DNA of 64,000 nucleotides from Nitrosopumilus sp. (GTDB lineage Archaea; Thermoproteota; Nitrososphaeria; Nitrososphaerales; Nitrosopumilaceae): NCBI GenBank assembly GCA_965205675.1, contig OZ242186.1, positions 992,001 to 1,056,000 of the forward strand, read 5' to 3'. Shown piece by piece: positions 43,683 to 53,770 of this stretch (position 1 is its first letter; each line of letters starts with the position of its first letter). The notes under the pieces were generated by a model. It saw only the letters and a program-made list of their open reading frames with translations, ran no database searches and was not told where the DNA came from. The position numbers and the translations under genes were made by a program.

Positions 43683-43856
43683 TCAGTTGTATAGCGAATC
43701 CCAGCATTGCTTGTGATATACAACTCTACTAGTTTTTGTAATGTGAGTATGACCTTTATCTCCTATGTGAAACGAGCCATCACATTTGGCACATCTATAA
43801 TTTCTATATCGTCTCTCCTGAGTACCATCAAGTATCAAAAAATCATAATTTCCCAT
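43683..43856 (-). CDS. 57-aa Zn-finger protein (tandem paralog 1)
   Basis: MGNYDFL...CAKC...YHKQCWDSLYN. Confidence 0.65.
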   Translation of the reverse strand: MGNYDFLILDGTQERRYRNYRCAKCDGSFHIGDKGHTHITKTSRVVYHKQCWDSLYN

Positions 43857-44482
43857 CCGAATAATACAGATATCCCTTCAATATGAAAGCATTTGGACAT
43901 TTGTGAATATAAAAAAAAGTTTGATGAGAAAGAGACCTTAGTTTTTTATCAACATTTGGGATCTTTTATTGAACTGTTCTGTAGAGTTCTGATAGCCTGA
44001 TCATTCTTTTTTGCCAGAATCTTTTTCTTGCTTTAAATCCATCATTCCCTAATTGCATTTTTTATGGAATGCAATAAAAGAGAAATGCTCTCTTGTTTTT
44101 GGCAGTCGGGTTTGGAGCAACTGCTGTTATGGGAATTCTATCTCATAACCTCTTTGATGCTACAAGTAACTGGCGATTCAAAGACATTACAAATAACATC
44201 ATCTTAGAATGCCTGATGATTCAGCAAGAAACGCCATCCCAAGTTTTACTATAGAGAATTTCAGCAAAGATATATTCCATTAAAAAAAATTCTTAAGATC
44301 TCATCCTAATATCACTTGTAAATGATATTTTGACATATTAAAAAAAAACTTTATGAAAAATAATCTAAATCTTTTTTCATAATTTGATAATGTCTGATAT
44401 CTTTTATAATCTATTGACAATCTTTTATTGATAGTTCATAAAAATTAGATCAGTTTCAATGTAATTTCTACTTGAATTATGT

Positions 44483-44758
44483 CTATTCTGTTGGCTTTTT
44501 TTCTATTCTTTTTGCACTGTCTTTCTTCTTTCTTGCACCAAAACTAATCAAAACAAGCAAGAATCCGATCCCTATTAGAATTCCTGTAAGCATCTGATAA
44601 GCTCGATTTTGATCTTCAGACACCATCAAATCTATAATTTCTTCCTCAGTCATTCCTGATTGTCCTATTGGTTCATCAGTATATGCAAATGTAACAATTA
44701 TTCCAGCAATGATCATTATTATTCCTCCACTTAGAATTCTTTTATCAACTAGGATCAA
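44483..44758 (-). CDS. Two-TM membrane protein
   Basis: Two hydrophobic helices and a basic tail. Confidence 0.75.
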   Translation of the reverse strand: MILVDKRILSGGIIMIIAGIIVTFAYTDEPIGQSGMTEEEIIDLMVSEDQNRAYQMLTGILIGIGFLLVLISFGARKKKDSAKRIEKKPTE

Positions 44759-44845
44759 TTTCTGTAATTATTTTTCTTTCATCATATATTAGGTAAGTGG
44801 AAGAATGGAACTGGTGTTCTTTCCAAAAATTATTTCGTGTCACTT

Positions 44846-45320
44846 TCATGAGTAATTCCTCCATAGAATACTTGGGTCTATGAGTATTTCGTTTGTTATC
44901 ATCTTAGAGTGATACGCATCAGATGGTGTCTCCATGTTATCCAAGTCTAGTGCGCCATGAACTCTAATGTGGTTGTACCAATGCATAAACTGCTCCACTG
45001 ACTCAAAGTATTCTATTTTACACTCAAAGATATCCCAGAACTTTTCTAGCTTACCATTTGTTTGTGGATGTCTCACTCTTGTACGAGAGTGCTTTACGTG
45101 ATGTCTCATTAGTTGCTGCTCAAAGTCTACTGGCTTGTTATGATCAAGAGTATTGACATTTGATGTGAACTGTTTTCCATTATCAGATAGTACAGATGCT
45201 GGTCTACCGTGATTCTTTATTGCATCAGATAGTACTGCAGAAGAATTCACAGATGTTGCCTCATCATACACTCCGAAACCCGTGATAAATCGTGAGGCAT
45301 CATCTTCAAATGCAATTAGT
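44846..45320 (-). pseudogene. IS481-family integrase-core fragment
   Basis: FEDDASRF, LSDNGKQF, HPQTNGKLEK, WYNHIRVH. Confidence 0.85.
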
Positions 45321-45708
45321 GGGATTTGAGATTTACATGTTGGCTTGAATCTCAGAAAGACGTAGATTTTGCCACATGACTAGAAAATTTAGCTTTAATT
45401 GAGGATATCATGATCCATTTGCTAAATTCAACAGTATTGATACTGCAATTGTTTGGTTTTGAGCACAAAGTTCCTACTTTGCCATATTTGTCGTAGAATT
45501 CTTGTTTATTTTTAAAATCTATGTTATACTTGCATGAAAACAACCATGTTAAACAAGCTTGTTAGCATACTAGTAAAACACACATGTTATACATGGTTTG
45601 AATAAAAAATAGCATAACAAAAACGACTCTTACTACCCTGGCTTTACAGCAAGTCTCTAATTTAACACCATGTTGAAAAGATCCTGAGATTCAACAGTGT
45701 AGGTGAAT

Positions 45709-46407
45709 CTATTGCCCGGTCTCAGATAATAACATGTCTCTTGTTTCAATCATTTTTAAAGTCATTTCTTCGTTACCCTTACTTATTGATTCATTTACTG
45801 CATCCAAGTATAGTTTAGCAGGGTTGTCATAATGCACTTTATCTATGTATGATTGAATATATTGTGTTCCATCTAATTCAGCTGTAATATCATACCGTGA
45901 TGAAAATCCATTTATAATGTATTTGTCGTCATGATCTGAATTTTTTTCGATCAAGTAAAAATGCTTATCACCAATATTGTAGGTTTGAACATCCTCACGA
46001 TAAAACATTGTTTTTACACCATCACTTTCACCAATCTTACCACTTGCCCAATCATACACAATTAATTTTTCACTAAAATTTCCTGTGGTATCTTTAAAAT
46101 AATGATCAACGACCAACATGATTTTTTGATATGGTCGTTTTTCCGTATGTGCGATATACTCATTACCATTCTCATCTATATCTATACCAGTATTTGATTC
46201 AAGTAATTCTATACCTACATCTTCAACTGTAGCTACTGCTATGATCTCCACACCGGAGATTTTCCAATCAAAAGACATATTCGAATTATACTGTGAAACA
46301 CCATATGAAGTATTTACATATGAATTTTCATTTATGTATATTGCAGATGATGTACTAATTACCATCACACCAATTAAGATAGATAATAGAGTTTTTTTAT
46401 TCGTCAT
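45709..46407 (-). CDS. Exported protein, possible TIMP-like OB fold
   Basis: N-terminal TM/signal; IIAVATV..LVVDHYFKD..GKIG..YNIGD pattern; 4-nt overlap with the protease gene. Confidence 0.65.
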   Translation of the reverse strand: MTNKKTLLSILIGVMVISTSSAIYINENSYVNTSYGVSQYNSNMSFDWKISGVEIIAVATVEDVGIELLESNTGIDIDENGNEYIAHTEKRPYQKIMLVVDHYFKDTTGNFSEKLIVYDWASGKIGESDGVKTMFYREDVQTYNIGDKHFYLIEKNSDHDDKYIINGFSSRYDITAELDGTQYIQSYIDKVHYDNPAKLYLDAVNESISKGNEEMTLKMIETRDMLLSETGQ

Positions 46408-47129
46408 GGATATTTAGAACCTATTTTATTTTTGTCTGCTGTTGATAAATCGTATCCAAAGTTGGATCCGCATTGATATCCGTTGAATCTTAGATCTGTT
46501 GAAACACTATTATGATCAATACCAATCACATGTAGTAATTCGTGTCCTAGGGTCTTTTCAATGTCTCTTTGTGTAGGTTGATTGTCTATATTGCATATTT
46601 CTGTTATATCCCAATTCATGGAATTATGTGAATTTACATTTAATATCATTTTCTTAAAATGATTATCTTTTGTTATACAATGCCATAAAAATTGATTGAT
46701 GCAATGGAGTTCATAATCTGTAAATCCAATATTCCCAAGACTCCCGTAATTTGTTGATGTAATATAGTTATCAGATGCTGCTACTTTATCAAAACTAATT
46801 TTTTTGTTAATGTTGTCAAATCGTGTTTCTATTGTGCTTATTTCTGATGATACATTTGCTTTTGTAACACCTGAGTTAGAAATATTATTTAGAATTTTGA
46901 TTTCTACGGCACACTTATCACTGTTCGTTCCTGTCCCACAATTAAGATAATCTGTATGTCCATCTGTTAAAGTTCTAGACCACGTATGTCGTTCGAATTC
47001 TAAAAATTGATTAGAACCTTCATGTTTTGCATATGCAGTATCTGCTGATGAAATAATGACGAGTGTAACACCCAATGTCATCAATATCAGTGAAAAGATA
47101 CTGTTTTTTTCCAGCATTTTAGGAATCAT
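46404..47129 (-). CDS. Secreted metzincin (matrixin-like) metalloprotease
   Basis: Signal peptide ending AYA; HELLHVIGIDH fits HExxHxxGxxH. Confidence 0.85.
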   Translation of the reverse strand: MIPKMLEKNSIFSLILMTLGVTLVIISSADTAYAKHEGSNQFLEFERHTWSRTLTDGHTDYLNCGTGTNSDKCAVEIKILNNISNSGVTKANVSSEISTIETRFDNINKKISFDKVAASDNYITSTNYGSLGNIGFTDYELHCINQFLWHCITKDNHFKKMILNVNSHNSMNWDITEICNIDNQPTQRDIEKTLGHELLHVIGIDHNSVSTDLRFNGYQCGSNFGYDLSTADKNKIGSKYP

Positions 47130-47230
47130 TATTTCAAGAATGAATTTAAATGTTAGGTGATTGTAAACCTATTACCACCAACTATTTTTGAGTAATTATT
47201 GGAAAAAACAATCAACATAATTGAGTTATC

Positions 47231-47385
47231 TGAGACTTGGGCATAATTAATTCTAATTTTTGAGTCAATTCTCAAATTATTCAAATCAAAAAAGCTAAGG
47301 ATCTTATCATGTTTTGTTCATTGGAATGTCAAAACAAATGAAAATCCCTGGCAACATAAGATGCCAGTCATTCCTTATTGGTGTT
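47231..47385 (+). repeat. About 155-bp IS-end-like repeat (second copy 50904-51057)
   Basis: Starts TGAGACTTGGGCATAAT; near-identical over the first ~120 bp. Confidence 0.8.
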
Positions 47386-47613
47386 TTGTATCTGTACTGT
47401 CTAACAAATATTCATGACCCAAAATCTTCCAAATTATGCTAATTCCTGAAATTTAAACTTGAATCTACAATGTACGTAAATCGAGTTCAGAATAGGGTGA
47501 CGAATTTTTGTTATTGAGTATAACTGACCATTCCATCACCAGAATTGACAATTAGTTGGAAATCTGCCTAGTTCTGACCAAAGTAAATTTCTTTATCTGT
47601 GCAATAACCTATT

Positions 47614-47910
47614 CTACTTTAATTCTAATTTTTTTCTGCGATTATCTAAAAATCTATTAATATAATGTGCGATAGGGAGCCAAAAAATAAGATTAGATGC
47701 AAGGATTGTGATAAAGTTTGCAATCTCACCAGACAGATAACGTGGACCATCATCTATCGCCATAACGACAAAAGTCATTAGATATACCACTGGATTAAAA
47801 ATCACATTAGTATGATAATTCATTGGAAGTCCTACCAAATATGTACCATAGAAAGTTAAAAGACCATAAAATGGCAAACCAATGTAAAGTGCTAATTTCC
47901 TTATAGTCAA
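47614..47910 (-). CDS. Small membrane protein, candidate partner/immunity protein of member A
   Basis: Two to three hydrophobic segments; starts 5 nt after the upstream stop. Confidence 0.7.
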   Translation of the reverse strand: MTIRKLALYIGLPFYGLLTFYGTYLVGLPMNYHTNVIFNPVVYLMTFVVMAIDDGPRYLSGEIANFITILASNLIFWLPIAHYINRFLDNRRKKLELK

Positions 47911-47915
47911 AAAGA

Positions 47916-48824
47916 TTAAGGTACTGAGACCTTAGATAGGGATCTGTTTGTGTCAGATATATCCATCATATGATTCCAAGTATTGCTGACATAGATTATT
48001 TGACCCGGTGTGTATGGCTTTGTTGTGGTTGCATGACAATAGATAGTTGTACATAGATAATCCCAAGAATTACTCCATGTATTATCAAATTCTATCTGAT
48101 TATTGTTCTTGATGGTAAATATTTCTATATCGTGTATTCTATCATACATGATTATTCTGACTCGGTCATATGCGGCATCCAAAGTTGGGTGATCTTCATC
48201 ATAGAAATATAGAGAGTACGTTCTTTCACAATCTACAGAATTATCATTATATGAGACAAGATACAAATCATTATCCCCATTGAAATGATATAACCAACCA
48301 ATAGAGCCGCCATCAATGTCTAGACGTAGTTGTTTGTATGTTGGATTTGTAGTACTTGAACATGCGGCACTTGCAGTCTGAATACCAAACCAATCTAGAA
48401 AACTAACATCTATCCTATCTGCATAATTTGACTCTTGTAATGCTTTTAGTTTCTCGTCTTTTATTGTTTCATCAAAGATATAATTTTTTACAGCTGCAAT
48501 CTCTACATCAGTCAGGTTTCTAGTTTCTGAATCCACACGGGATTGTTCAATTACAGTACTAAAGAACTCGTCATATTCTGCCTTGATTTCATTAGATTTT
48601 GCTTGAAAATCTTTTGTATCTGCATCATCTATTAATTCTCGAATATCATCTTTGAACTCTTGTTTTGTTAGTTCATCAACAACTCCAACTGGTCCTACCT
48701 CATCTGTAGAATCCTCACCTGGTCCATTCTGAGCATCTGCAAAATCAATCATACTAAACGGTAGAATCATTGCAGTAATTATTCCTGCAAACAAAATTGT
48801 CTGTACTTTTTTATCATTTTTCAT
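47916..48824 (-). CDS. Secreted PGEE-GPVG-leader family protein (member A)
   Basis: Signal peptide to ADA, QNGPGEDSTDEVGPVGVVD, acidic linker, four-Cys C-terminal domain; start moved to ATG 48824. Confidence 0.85.
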   Translation of the reverse strand: MKNDKKVQTILFAGIITAMILPFSMIDFADAQNGPGEDSTDEVGPVGVVDELTKQEFKDDIRELIDDADTKDFQAKSNEIKAEYDEFFSTVIEQSRVDSETRNLTDVEIAAVKNYIFDETIKDEKLKALQESNYADRIDVSFLDWFGIQTASAACSSTTNPTYKQLRLDIDGGSIGWLYHFNGDNDLYLVSYNDNSVDCERTYSLYFYDEDHPTLDAAYDRVRIIMYDRIHDIEIFTIKNNNQIEFDNTWSNSWDYLCTTIYCHATTTKPYTPGQIIYVSNTWNHMMDISDTNRSLSKVSVP

Positions 48825-48860
48825 GTTATTGTCACATCGCAAAAATTATTCCAATATAAA
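48825..48860 (-). promoter_or_regulatory. Promoter/leader shared with 61528-61563
   Basis: 31/36 nt identical; TTTATA box at -36 from the ATG. Confidence 0.7.
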
Positions 48861-49058
48861 GATAACTTAGACATGGGCATAATCAATTACAAAAAACAAA
48901 ACCAAAAAATAATTATTATCAAATTGATTTTGTTTTAATCAACATAATCTAATGTATATTCAATATGACTTTACAATTCCATGATATTATTCCATCATAG
49001 AAAGTGGGATAAAGTAATATGGATTATATGTTAGGATTTTACCGTATTAAATAATAAC

Positions 49059-49986
49059 ATGAAAAATTTAACAAAAAAGACACAAACAATTTTGCTTGCA
49101 GGAATAATTACTGCAATGATTCCTGCCCTTTAGTACGATGAATGTCGTAGATGCTCAGAATGTCCCAGGAGAGGATTCTACAGATGAGATTGGACCAGTA
49201 GGAGTTGTTGATGAATTAACAGTACTAGATTCTGTATTAGATGACTATTTAGAGGAATTAGAAGTTGAACAAGATGTAGAATATACAGAATATTTGGATA
49301 CTGCAATTACTAGATTAGAAATTGCAAAAGCAATGATGCAGGTTTCAAAAAATTCTACTGATATTGCAATGAAATATCAAAACCACACTGTTCTAGAACT
49401 GCTTGTCCTTCTTGATCAAACATATGGACCTGAGGATTATCCTGCAACTAACAGTGATAACAATTCAACACATACAAACATAGACATGCTAACTGAAAAT
49501 AATCATGTATCTGGACTTTATTTTGTTAGTCATAGTACGCCAGAAGTTGATGTGTTGAATTACAACAACCATCACCAAAAACAATATGATTGTATGGACA
49601 GAATAACCCTTACAGGTAAATCTTTATCTGTCTTAACATCATACTCAGACAACACTGCAACGATTACTGGTACATTTGATTATCCAGAAGATATGGATAA
49701 AAATATCAGAGAACGAAGAAGTAATGAATGCTTGAGTTTTGAACACGATGAAACAGTAAAACGACATGATGTTATGATATCCCTTGATCCTAGAGAAATA
49801 ATACGAGCTCAAGTGTGTACTTTGACGGAATCTAATCCTTTGGGTTCTGACTTGGTAAGTTGCAATGCTTTTGGTGCAAATAGATTGACTGTAATTACGA
49901 CAATTAACACGTATGATGGAGTTGATTCATCTAAAATAACCTCGCTTGGGAGTACAATGGTAACACTGTTGTTTACTGCGCCATAA
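49059..49986 (+). pseudogene. Secreted PGEE-GPVG-leader family protein (member B), +1 frameshift in the signal peptide near 49122
   Basis: MKNLTKKTQTILLAGIITAMI/LPFSTMNVVDAQNVPGEDSTDEIGPVGVVDELT matches the N-terminus of member A. Confidence 0.82.
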
Positions 49987-49993
49987 TTTTTTC

Positions 49994-50266
49994 ATGTTTA
50001 AGAAAAAACTAGGTTATGCCCTAGTATTACTATCGTTTTTATTTTTATTTGTTCCCTCCTTTGTGCTATTTGATAAATTATATCGTATGATATTGATAAT
50101 TGGGAATGACAAAACTAATGACTTACAAATATCGTCTCCGATTATAGATTTTGGTGGTTCTGCAGAAGGTGTTGCCCTTTACATTGTATCTATATCTATT
50201 GTAGGTTGTCTGTTCCTTTGTACTGGCATATACATCGTACTTTATACAAAAAATCCCCAAAACTAG
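49994..50266 (+). CDS. Two-TM small protein, candidate partner/immunity protein of member B
   Basis: Starts 7 nt after the upstream stop. Confidence 0.72.
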   Translation: MFKKKLGYALVLLSFLFLFVPSFVLFDKLYRMILIIGNDKTNDLQISSPIIDFGGSAEGVALYIVSISIVGCLFLCTGIYIVLYTKNPQN

Positions 50267-50424
50267 GGTAAAAAATCAAAAAGAACCTCAAAGAAAAAAT
50301 ATCTCACTGCAATAATTGACATCAACACCACCTGAGAGATTTAGTAGGACCGTAATTTATGCAATCAGAAAATTATTGAATGTGAAATGTTAAAGTATTT
50401 ACTTGTTGTTTAGCAGTTTTGTTA

Positions 50425-50697
50425 TCAGTGTAGTGATACTTGCACAAAAGTAATTGTGGATATCATGTAAGTTACAGGATCTAACTTGAATCCAAGAAGA
50501 TTAAATCCCAACAGCAGTGTTATGATAAACGATGTCACCATGTTGAATATATACACTATTTGCAATGTATCACTCATCTGAGTTGCTATCTTTCTCTTTG
50601 CTTTGTTTACCTGTCTTTGCTCATCATCATATTTCTTTTCTAATGTTGATTCAGACTTTGCTTTTTTACCAAAGTCTTCTGATATTTTTTTAGGCAA
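50425..50697 (-). pseudogene. Fragment of a membrane protein gene
   Basis: Charged helix then two hydrophobic segments; no clear start. Confidence 0.35.
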
Positions 50698-51122
50698 GGC
50701 TTGCGTATTTTGCTTTATAGTATTCTTTGATCATTTCGTTTGGTATTGGAGTGTATGTTTTGCCTCCACGATACACTTGATCCCAAGGACTGTCTTTTTG
50801 ATGTGTAATTCCTATTAACTATCCTCCATCAATATCACTGTAAAAATCAATTACTTGATCCATAACATCTTTTTCATTATCATCAAACAAACTCTCATCT
50901 AAATGAGATTTGGGCATAATTAATTCTAATTTTTGAGTCAATTCTCAAATTATTCAAATCAAAAAAGCTAAGGATCTTATCATGTTTTGTTCATTGGAAT
51001 GTCAAAACAAATGAAAATTCCTAGCAAGATTCTATCGGAATCATTTCTTATTGGTGTGTTACATTTGGTGGGAATGTTGTCTTTGTATGAGGAAGTATTC
51101 AGATCTGGCAGGACCATACGTG

Positions 51123-52216
51123 TATACCCCAGATCATAAGTCTTTTCAATTTACTGTTCTTGCAAAATACTGATACATATTCAAATTAAATTTGTGGGTT
51201 CTAAAATATTCCATAACTGTATGCCTCATCTCATGAATAGATTCATAAAATTCTGATTCAACATTAACATGTTTGCACTGTCTCCAAATCTCTTCAATCA
51301 TACTCAAATGCGGGGAGCCTCTCAGAAGATATGCCAGTTTAACATCTTCGTTTTTACGCAGATATTTTTTTACATCATTAGCTTTGTGTTGCGGTGCCTT
51401 ATCGACGATAACAAATATTTTTCCAAATTTTCTACGAGCTGCCTCCAAATAATCTATAAATGCAATTGAATTAAATTTTTCATACGATCTAAAATTTTTT
51501 GATTATCATCATTTCCATAAACCAAAAATCTTTGATGTGATCCTCTCCAACGTACAATCATTCGTTGATGTGTATCTGTCCAGTATTTTTTACCAAGACG
51601 TACATCGTCGACAAATACTGATTCGTCTTGGATAAATACTGTAAAACCTTTCTTTTTTGCCTTTTTTATGCGTGAAATGATGCGGTTTTTCCACTTGCGG
51701 CATGTATCCTTGGATGCTGCTCGCACATGTAGTTTTTGTGGAACCTTTGGTTTTAGATTCCATTTGTGCATCAAACGACGCACGTGAGTGATATGATATG
51801 TAATGCGTGTTCTGTAAAATATGAATTGTATCAGTTTTTTTGGAGTCATTCCATCTGAAATTTTCTTAAATGCACGCTCTATTTTTTGTAATTTTTTGTG
51901 TGAAATTAATGGCGGACGGCCAGAACGAGGGAGATCCTCCAGGCCCTCCAATCCATATCTTTCAAATGAATCTATCTAATTCCTTACAGAATTATATGTA
52001 CAAAACATTTGTCTTGCAGTTTCAGCAATTGTAGATTCGTTGATTTTAATCTTACACATTGCATGTAATCTTGTTTTTTTGTGAATATTTTTTTTCTTTT
52101 TTGTAGACCTGGAGTAACTCGTCATTTGTGATGTCAATGAAATTATTTCTAACTACTGATCAAAAAGTATTGCTATTTGTTTTGAAAAATTGCAAAGAAT
52201 TATGCTCCGAGGTATA
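51123..52216 (-). mobile_element. IS630 type B element, degenerate
   Basis: IRs TATACC(C/T)C(A/G)GA(T/G)CATAA; QDES, DKAPQH, PHLSMIEE. Confidence 0.9.
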
Positions 52217-52450
52217 CTGCACCTATTGGTTGTTCTTTGTGTTTTTGTAATACTAGATTGGTTTGGGCCTCTGATGGTGCTGATGAATGTCTTCCAGGAG
52301 TTTTTTGTACATGTGGTACACCTGTTTTACGAAATTCTGCCCAAATACGTTGAATATGTCTCTGTGTTACATTCATTTCATATGCAATTGTAGCTGTTCT
52401 ACGACCTTGTTTACACTGTGCAATGATGTAACGTATTGATTTCTCAGTAA
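52217..52450 (-). pseudogene. IS481-like transposase N-terminal fragment interrupted by IS630
   Basis: LTEKSIRYIIAQ..VTQRHIQRIWAEFRKTG..PGR. Confidence 0.65.
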
Positions 52451-52576
52451 GATATTTCCTTATAATTTTAGATCGATATAGTCTATAGTATTCCTTTACA
52501 CAATGTCTAATCTTAGGACGACCTAATTTTCGTACAATAGAATGGTTAAATTTGTGCATAATGTTAAATAGATATA

Positions 52577-53587
52577 TTGAAAAGTACTCTTCAAATAGGC
52601 ATTTATGGTTCTGGAAGTACAGAGTCTGCAGCAAAGACAATTAAAAAAATTTTAGATGATTCTGATATTTCTTCTTTTTCCATTACAAAATCAAGAAACA
52701 AACAAGCTGATTGTGTCATAGTTCTTGGTGGAGATAAAGGAGTTAGAAATTACTTTCATCGTACTTTTGACTCAACTTTACCTGTATTGGGCATTAGCGA
52801 AGGCGAGGCAAGTGGGTTTTTGGCTCAAATTGAACTTAGGGAATTTCCAACATATGTTGGCGTATTAAAAAAACAAAATTATACAACAGAACAGGTTCCT
52901 CGACTTGGCGTAAAAATTGATGGAAAAAACGTTTATCCTGTATTAAATGATGTTGCAGTTTTTTCATCTAAAAGTGCAATGTTGATGGAGCATACATTAC
53001 GAGTTAATGGTGATGAAGTTTGGCACGATAACAGTGATGGAATCATAGTATCTACTCCTATTGGCTCATCTGCGTATTCAATGTCTGCTGGAGGTCCCGT
53101 ATTGTTTCAAGACTCTGCAGTATTTGAAATAATTTCTGTAAACTCTCTTGATGTAACTAGAAGACCAATCATAGTTTCAAATGATAGTTCTATTGAAATT
53201 GATGATATTGCAGCACGATTACATTGTGAGGTAGTATTAGATGGGTTGGACAGATACAAAGTAAACAAAACTGTTGAATGTACGCAGTTTTTTCCTCCTG
53301 CTCAAATTATTAGACTCAAAAAAGATTCTACTGCCATATCTGCTCTTGCTAAAAAAGTACATCTTGCTGAAGAATTACTTAGCATGCCTCCTAGCTCTAA
53401 ACTTCTTTTGAAAACTTTAGAATATGAGGGAGCATTAACTCAAAAAGATCTAGCCAACAAAACATTACTTCCTGATAGAACAGTAAGACTTGCGTTAACT
53501 CATTTGCTCAAAAAAGGATATGTTAAAAAGAAAGTCTCTATTCGAGATGCACGACAAAAAATTTATGAAATCTCAAAAATCGAATAA
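52577..53587 (+). CDS. nadK: NAD kinase with C-terminal winged HTH
   Basis: LGGDKG, LND, DGIIVSTPIGSSAYSMSAGG. Confidence 0.9.
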   Translation: MKSTLQIGIYGSGSTESAAKTIKKILDDSDISSFSITKSRNKQADCVIVLGGDKGVRNYFHRTFDSTLPVLGISEGEASGFLAQIELREFPTYVGVLKKQNYTTEQVPRLGVKIDGKNVYPVLNDVAVFSSKSAMLMEHTLRVNGDEVWHDNSDGIIVSTPIGSSAYSMSAGGPVLFQDSAVFEIISVNSLDVTRRPIIVSNDSSIEIDDIAARLHCEVVLDGLDRYKVNKTVECTQFFPPAQIIRLKKDSTAISALAKKVHLAEELLSMPPSSKLLLKTLEYEGALTQKDLANKTLLPDRTVRLALTHLLKKGYVKKKVSIRDARQKIYEISKIE

Positions 53588-53770
53588 ATCATTTTTCTTT
53601 GGTGAAACTTGGTTGTATATGTCTTTGAAACATTTATCAGAACAAAACCTTCATTCTAACCTTATATCCACTATCACACACCTTACATTCTATCATTGTT
53701 TATGTTTGAATTTTTTTATAATCTATTTATACAAAATCAAAACCACAGCTTTAGAATTTTTTTTACTAGG

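Noticed and set aside
47390-47440. KILGHEYLL on the minus strand as a second metzincin
   Set aside because: The zinc motif is incomplete and the stretch lies in decayed IS-like DNA
47231-48883. Composite transposon around member A
   Set aside because: The two flanking ends point the same way and no target duplication is seen
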